A stretch of DNA of 64,000 bases from Dehalococcoidales bacterium (GCA_034418415.1 DAOULS010000007.1:4018-68017); one strand, 5' to 3'; counted from the first letter of the stretch, positions 47,085-54,530 are shown. Numbers and translations are program-made. The notes: generated by a model from the letters alone, not told the origin.

Positions 47085-47135
47085 TTATGAGCATATGTTC
47101 ATAATAATGATATAAGTTGGCTGATATTTTGTCAA
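47085..47135 (-). promoter_or_regulatory. Promoter and palindromic operator of the DUF134-led operon
   Basis: On the minus strand: TTGACA (47130-47135), 17 nt, TATCAT (47107-47112). Then comes the 20-bp imperfect palindrome TTATGAaCATATGcTCATAA (47085-47104, 18 of 20 symmetric) over the expected start site. Confidence 0.5.
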
Positions 47136-47212
47136 GCCTATTAAGGTATTTGATGAAAAGTAGGTATGTCTATGGAGAGAATGTAGAAAGTCAACGAGAA
47201 TTGAGCTTTAAA

Positions 47213-47289
47213 TGGTGGGCGGTACAGGACTCGAACCTGTGACCTTCAGTGTGTGATACTGACGCTCTAACCAACTGAGCTAACCGCCC
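47213..47289 (-). tRNA. tRNA-Val (anticodon CAC), CCA encoded
   Basis: The minus strand folds as GGGCGGU-UA-GCUC-AGUUGGUUA-GAGC-G-UCAGU-AUCACAC-ACUGA-AGGUC-ACAGG-UUCGAGU-CCUGU-ACCGCCC-A-CCA. Hand folding gives a full cloverleaf with a 7-nt anticodon loop, U33 and A37. Confidence 0.9.
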
Positions 47290-47428
47290 GCAGGATGGCT
47301 GCCTTTAAATTCTAAGGAATATATTGCCTAAAATCAAGCCTCCCGATTGTTTTTCCGCACTAAAATTGACGGCAGAGCAATAAACAATATATTATCTATC
47401 ATCGCCGTAGAGAGGCGGCTTCTAGCAG

Positions 47429-48340
47429 ATGAAAATAAACCGACTTTTGGAAATCACCCTGATTCTCCTCAACAAAAAGTCCGTCACCGCCGGTGAACTC
47501 GCCGAGAGGTTCGGGGTGTCCACCCGGACTATTTACCGGGACATCGATGAGCTTTCTGTGGCGGGTGTCCCTGTTTTTACCAACAAAGGCAGCGGCGGTG
47601 GCATATCTCTGCTGGATAACTATGCCATCAATAAGGCCATGTTGACCGAACATGAACGCGATAGCCTCCTTTTGGCCCTCAAGACCCTGCAGGCCACCAA
47701 GTACCCGGAAATCGACGCTATTCTGGAAAAAATCGGGGCCATTTTCAGGAAAGCCGCGGCGGCAGACTGGGTTCAGATTGAATTTTCCCACTGGGGCAGC
47801 GGTCCCAACGAGGAAAACAAATTCCTTGATATCAAGCGCGCTATCCTCGAATGTAAGGTGGTCACATTCGACTACGTAAACGCCGATGGCATCTTAAGCC
47901 ATCGTAAAATAGAACCCATGCTGCTTTCGTTCAAGGGGCAGGCGTGGTATGTGTGGGGCTACTGCACCACCCGCCGCGATTTCCGCACTTTTCGCATCTC
48001 CAGAATCAGGAACCTGCTGGTCAGCGACCAGGCTTTTACGCGCCGAACGCTGACCAGCGTCAAGGATGAAGAGCCTGCCACCGCCCCCAAAAACCAGGTC
48101 ACCCTTAAATTAAGGTTCCGACCCGAAAACCTGTTCCGCGTCTATGACGACTATGATGAGCAGCGTATCACCCGCAATCCCGACGGTACTTACGATGTCA
48201 CCGTTACCTTTCCGGAAGACGAGTGGGTCTATGGCTACATCATGTCCTTCGGCAATTATGTGGAAGTCCTTGAGCCGCCGCGTATCCGCGATATCATCCG
48301 TGAAAGAATGAAGAAAGCCCTGAAATATTACGACGAATAA
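47429..48340 (+). CDS. HTH-WYL domain transcriptional regulator (YafY/PafBC-like)
   Basis: 303 aa: MKINRLLEITLILLNKKSVTAGELAERFGVSTRTIYRDIDELSVAGVPV... (DeoR-type HTH), then ...VTFDYVNADGILSHRKIEPMLLSFKGQAWYVWGYC...RTFRISRI... (WYL) and a C-terminal WCX-like region. Confidence 0.85.
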   Translation: MKINRLLEITLILLNKKSVTAGELAERFGVSTRTIYRDIDELSVAGVPVFTNKGSGGGISLLDNYAINKAMLTEHERDSLLLALKTLQATKYPEIDAILEKIGAIFRKAAAADWVQIEFSHWGSGPNEENKFLDIKRAILECKVVTFDYVNADGILSHRKIEPMLLSFKGQAWYVWGYCTTRRDFRTFRISRIRNLLVSDQAFTRRTLTSVKDEEPATAPKNQVTLKLRFRPENLFRVYDDYDEQRITRNPDGTYDVTVTFPEDEWVYGYIMSFGNYVEVLEPPRIRDIIRERMKKALKYYDE

Positions 48341-48419
48341 TTTCTTAATATGACATACTGCTGTCCGATTTATTTGTTAGTATGGATATACGACGGTAAA
48401 TAAATCGGGAGGTAGTTAA

Positions 48420-48566
48420 ATGGACGTTAAGTACACAGAAAAAGGTAAGAAGGGCAAGACCTGCGCTGACTGCAAGTACTTTAAGGACGAGGGCGATGGC
48501 CTGGGCAAGTGCTTTGGGCATGAGGTTTCTGCCAAAGGCAGCTGCAATATGTTCGAGGCTAAGTAG
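48420..48566 (+). CDS. HiPIP-like four-cysteine mini-protein (leaderless)
   Basis: Own translation: MDVKYTEKGKKGKTCADCKYFKDEGDGLGKCFGHEVSAKGSCNMFEAK (48 aa). GGGAGG precedes the ATG. The C-x2-C-x12-C-x10-C pattern with flanking aromatic residues resembles high-potential iron-sulfur proteins. Confidence 0.4.
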   Translation: MDVKYTEKGKKGKTCADCKYFKDEGDGLGKCFGHEVSAKGSCNMFEAK

Positions 48567-48593
48567 TATCCATTAACTTAAGGAGGTCTTGAC

Positions 48594-49655
48594 GTGGAAC
48601 CGAAAATAATCAAAAAAGATGCTTTTTTAATCGCCGGTGTTGCCGGCAGCGGCGATGAGACCGCCAAGGTCTGGCAAACTTACATGAAACTGGAGAAATT
48701 GAACCCGCTGAAAAATCAGGTCGGTGAAGTGGGTTATGAAGTGCGTATGTATCCTGGCGAGGAAGGCCCCGGTAAAATCCATGTGGGCGTGCAGGTTAAA
48801 GACAGCAACGTCCCCAAAGAATACCAGCTGTTCTTCGTGCCGGCTGCCACCTATGCCGAATTTGAAATCTATCCCGCTAAAGGTTATGAAAGCAGCAACG
48901 CCGAGATGAGTAAATGGCTGGAGGATAATGCCGGTACTTACAAACCGGTCCTGCTGGACGGGATGAGTTACGGTGTCGAGGTTTACGACCAGAGATTCAA
49001 GGGTAACGATAACCCGGAATCGGTGGTCGGGTTTTTAGAGCCGATAGTGAAAGTCGACCCGAATTTCGATATCACGCAAATGGTTTCGGGTCCGATGAAC
49101 GAGCTGGCTGGCCGTATCGAGCAGTTTGCCGGAGCTGATGTAAGTAAAAAAGTAATGAAAGGTAAAGATGAGATACTGGCCGCTAAGGACCCGGTTAAAG
49201 GTGCGTTGTGGATGAAAGAAGCCATCGACCGTCTGGACTCCCTCACCGACGGAGAAACACGAAAGCAGATAATGACCGCCTGCGGCTGCTCCTGCAACAC
49301 TGTGAACCATAAAGATACAGAAGAATGCAGGCAGATGCGTCTCCTTTGTGTTTCGGAAGAGGATTACCCGGAAAAGTTTTTACAGCCGCCCGGCAGCGGC
49401 GTCCGCTACGAACGGGAAGGTAACACGTTATTCCAGTATTACACCCCCGGTAAATACAAAAAGGGGTTGCGCTGCTACTGCTCTTTGATAAATGCCCTGC
49501 CGAAAGGCGTGAATGCCTCCCCCACCTACTGCCAGTGTGCGCGGGCTTTTACGGAACAGCACTGGAGTTATGTGCTTGGTCGCCCGGTCAAGGTAGAACT
49601 CGGAGCGACGGCAATAACGGGGTCGGATGAGTGTAAATTTATCATCCACTTATAG
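48594..49655 (+). CDS. GyrI-like (AraC effector-binding/SOUL fold) domain fused to a Cys-rich C-terminal domain
   Basis: 353 aa with a GTG start. N-terminal IIKKDAFLIAGVAG...YEVRMYP...FFVPAATYAEFEIYP... fits the GyrI-like fold. The C-terminal about 130 aa carries ACGCSCN, CRQMRLLC, RCYCS, YCQCA and a terminal ...GSDECKFIIHL. Confidence 0.6.
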   Translation: MEPKIIKKDAFLIAGVAGSGDETAKVWQTYMKLEKLNPLKNQVGEVGYEVRMYPGEEGPGKIHVGVQVKDSNVPKEYQLFFVPAATYAEFEIYPAKGYESSNAEMSKWLEDNAGTYKPVLLDGMSYGVEVYDQRFKGNDNPESVVGFLEPIVKVDPNFDITQMVSGPMNELAGRIEQFAGADVSKKVMKGKDEILAAKDPVKGALWMKEAIDRLDSLTDGETRKQIMTACGCSCNTVNHKDTEECRQMRLLCVSEEDYPEKFLQPPGSGVRYEREGNTLFQYYTPGKYKKGLRCYCSLINALPKGVNASPTYCQCARAFTEQHWSYVLGRPVKVELGATAITGSDECKFIIHL

Positions 49656-49672
49656 TGGTAAAATAGAGAACC

Positions 49673-50281
49673 ATGAAAATCACCGATAATATAAAATGCC
49701 TCGATTTCCCCTGCACGGACGTTGATAAAGACAGCTACGTCATACCACCGGTAGAAATCGACCCCGAAAAAATCAAAATCATCATGATAACGGAAGCCCC
49801 ACCCGTAGAAAAAGCCGACTATTTTTACGCGCCCGGCAGTCCGTTCTACCTTCAGACCACCCTCCAGGCTTTTAAAGATGCCGGGGCTGACGTGTCTTCA
49901 ATGCGGGATATCCTCGACCTGGGCGTTTACATCACCACGGCCGTCAAGTGCGGCAAGACGCAGTACGCCGTCTCCCCGGCCACCATGAAAAACTGCTCCT
50001 TATTGCTGGAAAAGGAAATTTCCCTGTTTCCCAACGTCAGGGTGTTCCTGCTCGGCGGCGACGTGGCTATCAAAATGATGAACGCTATCTGGAAACAAAA
50101 GACCGGCAAGAGGGTTATCCCCGCCGGCTCTACCTATAAAATACGGGGTCAGCCGTTTTATTACGAAGATAAGAGAGTCATGCCCTCTTACACCCCGGCG
50201 GGCAAAAACTTCCTCATTGAAAAGTCCAAGCGCAGGATGGTGGCAGAGGATATAAGGGAGGCTTTAAAATCCGGTCGTTAA
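49673..50281 (+). CDS. Uracil-DNA glycosylase superfamily protein, divergent Fe-S type
   Basis: 202 aa. The Cys pattern C-x4-C ... C-x14-C (KCLDFPC; VKCGKTQYAVSPATMKNCS) recalls the family 4/5 [4Fe-4S] ligands. The motif A position reads ITEAPP rather than GE(A/G)PG, and the motif B region reads MPSYTPAG. Confidence 0.5.
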   Translation: MKITDNIKCLDFPCTDVDKDSYVIPPVEIDPEKIKIIMITEAPPVEKADYFYAPGSPFYLQTTLQAFKDAGADVSSMRDILDLGVYITTAVKCGKTQYAVSPATMKNCSLLLEKEISLFPNVRVFLLGGDVAIKMMNAIWKQKTGKRVIPAGSTYKIRGQPFYYEDKRVMPSYTPAGKNFLIEKSKRRMVAEDIREALKSGR

Positions 50282-50286
50282 CCGCC

Positions 50287-51222
50287 CTAGTTCTTGGCTG
50301 CCTGCGCCGCCGATTTTTCGCGGTTCTTGTCCAGGGCTTCCTTCGCCAGTCCCATGAATTTCCGTGCCATGGGGTGTTCCGGAGCGTCGCTCCGCAATAG
50401 CCCCTGCGCCCCTACCAGAATGTCGCTGGATAAAGGTAATATCTTCAGTCGGCCGTCGGCAATCGACCTTTCCACGCTTTTGATGTGATGCACCCCCACC
50501 CCCTCACCGTTTTCCACCATTTTAATGCCCCATTCGGCGCTGTTAACTTCGACGATAATCGGCGAGGGCATGTGGCAGCCCCCCACCCTGATTCTGTTGA
50601 GTATTAACTGGCGCGTGGCGGACGTCTCCGGCCCCAGTATCAGCGGATAACCGCAGAGGTTGGCGAATACCAGGCGGGGTTTTTGCGATATGGCGCTTGA
50701 GGGAGATGCCACGAGCACCAGCTGTTCTTGGGTGGAGAGTGGAATGGACTTTAGTTTAGGATTGCCGTAATCAGTACTGACCACTATCCCGAGGTCCACT
50801 TCGCAATTCTGAACGGCTTCGGCAATCTCAAAGGAAGAGGCGCTTTTAATTATGAGTTTCACGCCGGGATATGATTTTTCAAAAGCCGCGGCGGCTGAAG
50901 CCAGGCAGGTGGTAAAGGTGGTGGAAATTCCCGCGCGCAGGCTGGCTCCCTTAAGGTTCTCCAGATACTTTTCGGCGTCGTTCATCTGCCGGTATATCTC
51001 GCCAGCATATTTAAACAGGCCTTCCCCGGCTTGGGTAAGGAATACCTTCTGCTTCTTTACCTCGATAAGTTTAAGTCCTACGTTCCTCTCCAGCGACCTT
51101 ATATGGTAGGTAATGGTGGGCTGGGTAAGGCACAGATTGCTCGCGGCGGCGGTGATGCTTGCCTCGCTGGCGACGTGGTAAAAAACGATAAGGCTGTGAA
51201 GGTCTAATTTTGGAGATGTCAT
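50287..51222 (-). CDS. LysR-family transcriptional regulator
   Basis: 311 aa with an N-terminal HTH (LHSLIVFYHVASEASITAAASNLCLTQPTITYHIRSLERNVGLKLIE). It is divergent from the corrinoid methyltransferase genes. Confidence 0.9.
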   Translation of the reverse strand: MTSPKLDLHSLIVFYHVASEASITAAASNLCLTQPTITYHIRSLERNVGLKLIEVKKQKVFLTQAGEGLFKYAGEIYRQMNDAEKYLENLKGASLRAGISTTFTTCLASAAAAFEKSYPGVKLIIKSASSFEIAEAVQNCEVDLGIVVSTDYGNPKLKSIPLSTQEQLVLVASPSSAISQKPRLVFANLCGYPLILGPETSATRQLILNRIRVGGCHMPSPIIVEVNSAEWGIKMVENGEGVGVHHIKSVERSIADGRLKILPLSSDILVGAQGLLRSDAPEHPMARKFMGLAKEALDKNREKSAAQAAKN

Positions 51223-51312
51223 TTTTCAACCTGACCGGGCGGGAGCCGGTTCTCCCGCCGTAAATTAGTACAAATATTTCCCGTATCCCCTGACCCGGGG
51301 AATGCGGGAGTG

Positions 51313-51334
51313 TTCTCTATGATATCATAGAGAA
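51313..51334. promoter_or_regulatory. Perfect 22-bp palindrome in the LysR/corrinoid divergent region (candidate LysR box)
   Basis: TTCTCTATGATATCATAGAGAA is its own reverse complement and contains an ATAG-N-CTAT core of the T-N11-A type. Confidence 0.5.
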
Positions 51335-51444
51335 AGTTACATTGCAATCTGGTTGTAATCTCCCGGCATCATTTTCAAGAGCGCTTCAACAGCCCTGTTC
51401 TCACAGGAGAGCTTGCATTTTTTATTCCAAATGGCTAATATGTG

Positions 51445-51473
51445 TTGCAGCGTATCTTTTTTACGCCTATAAT
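51445..51473 (+). promoter_or_regulatory. Candidate promoter of the corrinoid-protein operon
   Basis: TTGCAG (51445-51450), 17 nt, TATAAT (51468-51473), 58 nt upstream of the ATG. Confidence 0.45.
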
Positions 51474-51531
51474 GGATAGTTGCGGCAACCGCCGCTGATT
51501 GTCGATACAAACATACAGGAGGTAAAGAAAC

Positions 51532-52164
51532 ATGGCCAAGGATTTAGCCAAAGCGCTGGCCGACCTCAAAGAAGATGAGGCGGTGGCAATCACCAAGGAA
51601 AAACTGGATGCAGGCGCTGACCCCATGGGTATTCTTAACGAAGCGGGGAAGGGCATGGAAGTGGTGGGCACAAGGTTCTCCAAAGGCGAATATTTCATAC
51701 CGGACCTGGTTTACTCCGGTGAAATCCTCAAGAGAGTCAACGAGCTTGTCAAACCCAAACTAACCGCGGGGAGTGGTAAAAAGACCGGTGGCAAGGTTAT
51801 CATTGCTACGGTAGCCGGAGATATCCATGATATCGGCAAGGATATCGTCGTTTTCATGCTCGATGTCAGCGGCTTCGAGGTCTATGACATGGGTGTGGAC
51901 GTGCCGGCGCAGAAAATCGTCGATAAAATAAAGGAAACCGGCGCGCCGGTTGTCGGCTTGAGCGGGTTCCTGACTTTAGCTTATGACTCCATGAAGCAGA
52001 CCATCGAGGCCATCAAGGCAGCCGGCCTGCGGGAAAAGACGAAAATCATGATTGGCGGCGGCCAGATAACACCGGAAATCGTCAAATATACCGGCGCCGA
52101 CACTTACGGCAAAGATGCCGTTGAGGCGGTCGCTCTCGCTAAAAAATTCATGGCTGCATCATAA
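51532..52164 (+). CDS. Cobalamin-binding corrinoid protein (methyltransferase-cognate, MtbC/MtaC-like)
   Basis: 210 aa with an N-terminal helical cap, then the B12-binding domain carrying the D-x-H-x-x-G motif (VAGDIHDIGKDIV) and ...VVGLSGFLT.... Confidence 0.88.
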   Translation: MAKDLAKALADLKEDEAVAITKEKLDAGADPMGILNEAGKGMEVVGTRFSKGEYFIPDLVYSGEILKRVNELVKPKLTAGSGKKTGGKVIIATVAGDIHDIGKDIVVFMLDVSGFEVYDMGVDVPAQKIVDKIKETGAPVVGLSGFLTLAYDSMKQTIEAIKAAGLREKTKIMIGGGQITPEIVKYTGADTYGKDAVEAVALAKKFMAAS

Positions 52165-52200
52165 ATTTTCCTATCGTAAATAAATATTAGGAGGCTAATA

Positions 52201-53541
52201 ATGGCAAAACAGTGGGAAGAAATGACCCCGGCAGAAAAACGCGCTGACCTGGATGGCAAGTGGATGTCTCCTCTGGAAGCGAAATACAACAGTGCCGAGG
52301 CAGAAAAGGAATACAAAGCCAGAGTTCAAAGAATTCTGGATGCTGTTAACATGAAGCAGCCGGATAGAGTGCCGGTGATACCGATGGTAGGCTTCTTCGG
52401 CGCTTACATCTCCGGCTTGACCCCCTACGATGTAATGTACGATTATGATAAGCTCATGAGCTCGTTTGCCAAGTACGTGCTGGAATACAAGCCGGACGGG
52501 CATTTGAGTGTAACCAACTCGCCTCCGGGAAAGGCCCATGATATCCTCGATTATAAACTGTATGCCTACCCCGGCCACGGCGTCGCCAAGGAGCATTCCT
52601 ACCAGTGCATCGAGGGCGAGTACATGAAAGCCGAAGAATACGATGCACTGATTGATGACCCCACCTACTTCTTCCTGACGGGCTGGCTTCCCCGTGTCAT
52701 GGGCGCTCTTGACGGCTTGAAGATGCTGTCGCCTTTCACCAATATGACGGAGATGTACGGCGGCTTTACTGGTGCGGCTCTGGTTCCCTTTGGTCTGCCG
52801 CCGGTCAAGGCAGCTCTAAAAGCGCTGATGGACGCTGGCGACGAAGCCTTAAAGTGGATCGGCACCGTCGGTGCCTTCGGCGGGGCGCTGACCGCGGCCG
52901 GTTTCCCCGGATTCATGGGCGGCGGCACCAAAGTCTCCTTCGATACCATCGGCGATACCCTGCGCGGCACCAGGGGCGTTATCATGGATATGTATCGCCA
53001 GCCGGCAAAGCTCATGCGCGCCATGGAGCAGTTGACGCCTATCATGGTGAAAATGGGCGTTGCCGGCGCCAAGCAAAACGGCTGTCCAATCGTCTTTATC
53101 CCGTTGCATAAGGGCGCCGACGGCTTCCTCAACGATGAGCAGTACAAGAAGTTCTACTGGCCGGCGCTTAAAGACCTCATGGACGGCCTGATTGCGGAAG
53201 GCTGTGTACCGTTCCCCTGGGCTGAAGGCGGCTATAATTCACGTTTGAAGGTTATCAAGGATTCGCCCAAGGGCAAGGTCGTCTGGGGCTTCGATACCAC
53301 GGACATGGCTCAAGCGAAGAAAATACTGGGCGATGTCTGCTGCATCACCGGGAATATGCCCATTGCCACGTTAAGTGTCGGCACCCCGGAAGATGTTAAA
53401 GCTGCTGTTCAAAAACTCATCAATACTTGTGCCAAGGGAGGCGGTTACATCATGATGAGCGGGGCTGTAATTGAAAACGTGCCCCCGGATAATGTGAAGA
53501 CGATGATTGATGCTACCAAGGAATTGGGCGTCTATAAATAG
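52201..53541 (+). CDS. Uroporphyrinogen-decarboxylase (URO-D) family corrinoid methyltransferase-like protein
   Basis: 446 aa: ...PDRVPVIPMVGFFGAYISGLTPYDVMYDYDKL.... Placement directly after a corrinoid protein fits MtaA/CmuA/O-demethylase-type methyltransferases. The substrate is unknown. Confidence 0.65.
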   Translation: MAKQWEEMTPAEKRADLDGKWMSPLEAKYNSAEAEKEYKARVQRILDAVNMKQPDRVPVIPMVGFFGAYISGLTPYDVMYDYDKLMSSFAKYVLEYKPDGHLSVTNSPPGKAHDILDYKLYAYPGHGVAKEHSYQCIEGEYMKAEEYDALIDDPTYFFLTGWLPRVMGALDGLKMLSPFTNMTEMYGGFTGAALVPFGLPPVKAALKALMDAGDEALKWIGTVGAFGGALTAAGFPGFMGGGTKVSFDTIGDTLRGTRGVIMDMYRQPAKLMRAMEQLTPIMVKMGVAGAKQNGCPIVFIPLHKGADGFLNDEQYKKFYWPALKDLMDGLIAEGCVPFPWAEGGYNSRLKVIKDSPKGKVVWGFDTTDMAQAKKILGDVCCITGNMPIATLSVGTPEDVKAAVQKLINTCAKGGGYIMMSGAVIENVPPDNVKTMIDATKELGVYK

Positions 53542-53619
53542 AACCTGGAGCGTCAGACAAGCATAAAGAAAGAGGGGGGTGTAAAAACCCCCCTCTCTTT
53601 TTACCCCTTGAACAGGGGA

Positions 53620-54387
53620 CTAAAGCATTACCGTTCCGCCATCGACGTAATATATCTGCCCGTTAATAAAGTCGGAATCCTTGGAAGCGAGGAACACCGC
53701 CGCTCCCACCATGTCTTCGGGCATGCCGCGCCGTTGCATTGACTGCTCACTGGTGGCGAGCTTGAATGTATCGTCGCTGCCCGGCTGCGCCAAGCTCGCC
53801 TCGGAGGCGGTGAATCCGGGAGCGATGGCGTTAACGTTGATTCCGGAAGGACCTACCGCCCTTGCCAGAGCATGTGTAAACGTGTACATCGCGCCTTTGC
53901 TGCAGGAATACGGCATGAAGACCATTGCCGCCGGCACCTGCGCCACGTTGGAGGCGATATTGATTATCTTGCCTTTCTTGGCTTTGGCCATCAGCGGCAC
54001 GACCGCCTTGCAGACCGACCATGTGCCGATTACATTCACTCTGTAAATGCGTTCCCAGTCTTCTACCTTCCAGCCGTCCCATGGAGTAACATTGACGCCG
54101 TACCAGATGGCGGCGTTATTAAGAAGGATGTCCACCTTACCGTACTGCTTCTTAACTTCATCGGCGATTTTCTGGCAGTCGCTCTCCACGGAGATATCGG
54201 CTTGTACCAGCGCCGCCTTAGCGCCTTTTGCTTTCACCTCGTCAACGGTGCCCTTGGCTCTATCAAGATTGGTGGTGGTCAGCAGCAGGTCCGCTCCCTC
54301 CTCGGCGAACCTTAAGGCAAAAGCCTTGCCGAGTCCGCGGCTGGCACCGGTAATAATGGCTACCTTCCCCTTTAGTGCTTGTGACAT
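53620..54387 (-). CDS. Short-chain dehydrogenase/reductase (SDR)
   Basis: 255 aa with TGASRGLG, NNAA and a Y-x3-K catalytic motif (YSCSKGA). Confidence 0.9.
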   Translation of the reverse strand: MSQALKGKVAIITGASRGLGKAFALRFAEEGADLLLTTTNLDRAKGTVDEVKAKGAKAALVQADISVESDCQKIADEVKKQYGKVDILLNNAAIWYGVNVTPWDGWKVEDWERIYRVNVIGTWSVCKAVVPLMAKAKKGKIINIASNVAQVPAAMVFMPYSCSKGAMYTFTHALARAVGPSGINVNAIAPGFTASEASLAQPGSDDTFKLATSEQSMQRRGMPEDMVGAAVFLASKDSDFINGQIYYVDGGTVML

Positions 54388-54510
54388 GTCTTCCTCCTTT
54401 TATCTGTTTTTTAAGATTTTTCAGACAGCCTAGAAAAATTTACATCACCCGTAAAGCTATGTCAAGTTAATGGTCCCGGGTGTTGGTTTTTCCTGGAACG
54501 GGGTGTTTAA

Positions 54511-54530
54511 GAGGGGGCAAGGGGGTGAGG
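54511..54530. repeat. Dispersed G-rich 20-mer (second copy; first copy at 1295-1314)
   Basis: GAGGGGGCAAGGGGGTGAGG occurs identically at 1295-1314 and 54511-54530. Both copies are intergenic and preceded by GTTT(GG/AA)A/G. GTTTAAGAGGGG also occurs at 1207-1218. Confidence 0.8.

Noticed and set aside
47213-47289. tRNA-Val as an integration site marking the adjacent 22-gene cluster or the WYL block as a genomic island
   Set aside because: No integrase, recombinase or excisionase gene lies on either side. I saw no direct repeat of the tRNA 3' end at the far borders (around 33.5 kb or 50.3 kb). The GC content of the cluster looks native.
51223-51531. Cobalamin riboswitch ahead of the corrinoid-protein gene
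   Set aside because: I could not find a B12-box-like core or the expected multi-stem architecture. The spacer is better explained by a LysR palindrome plus a promoter. A covariance-model scan would settle it.
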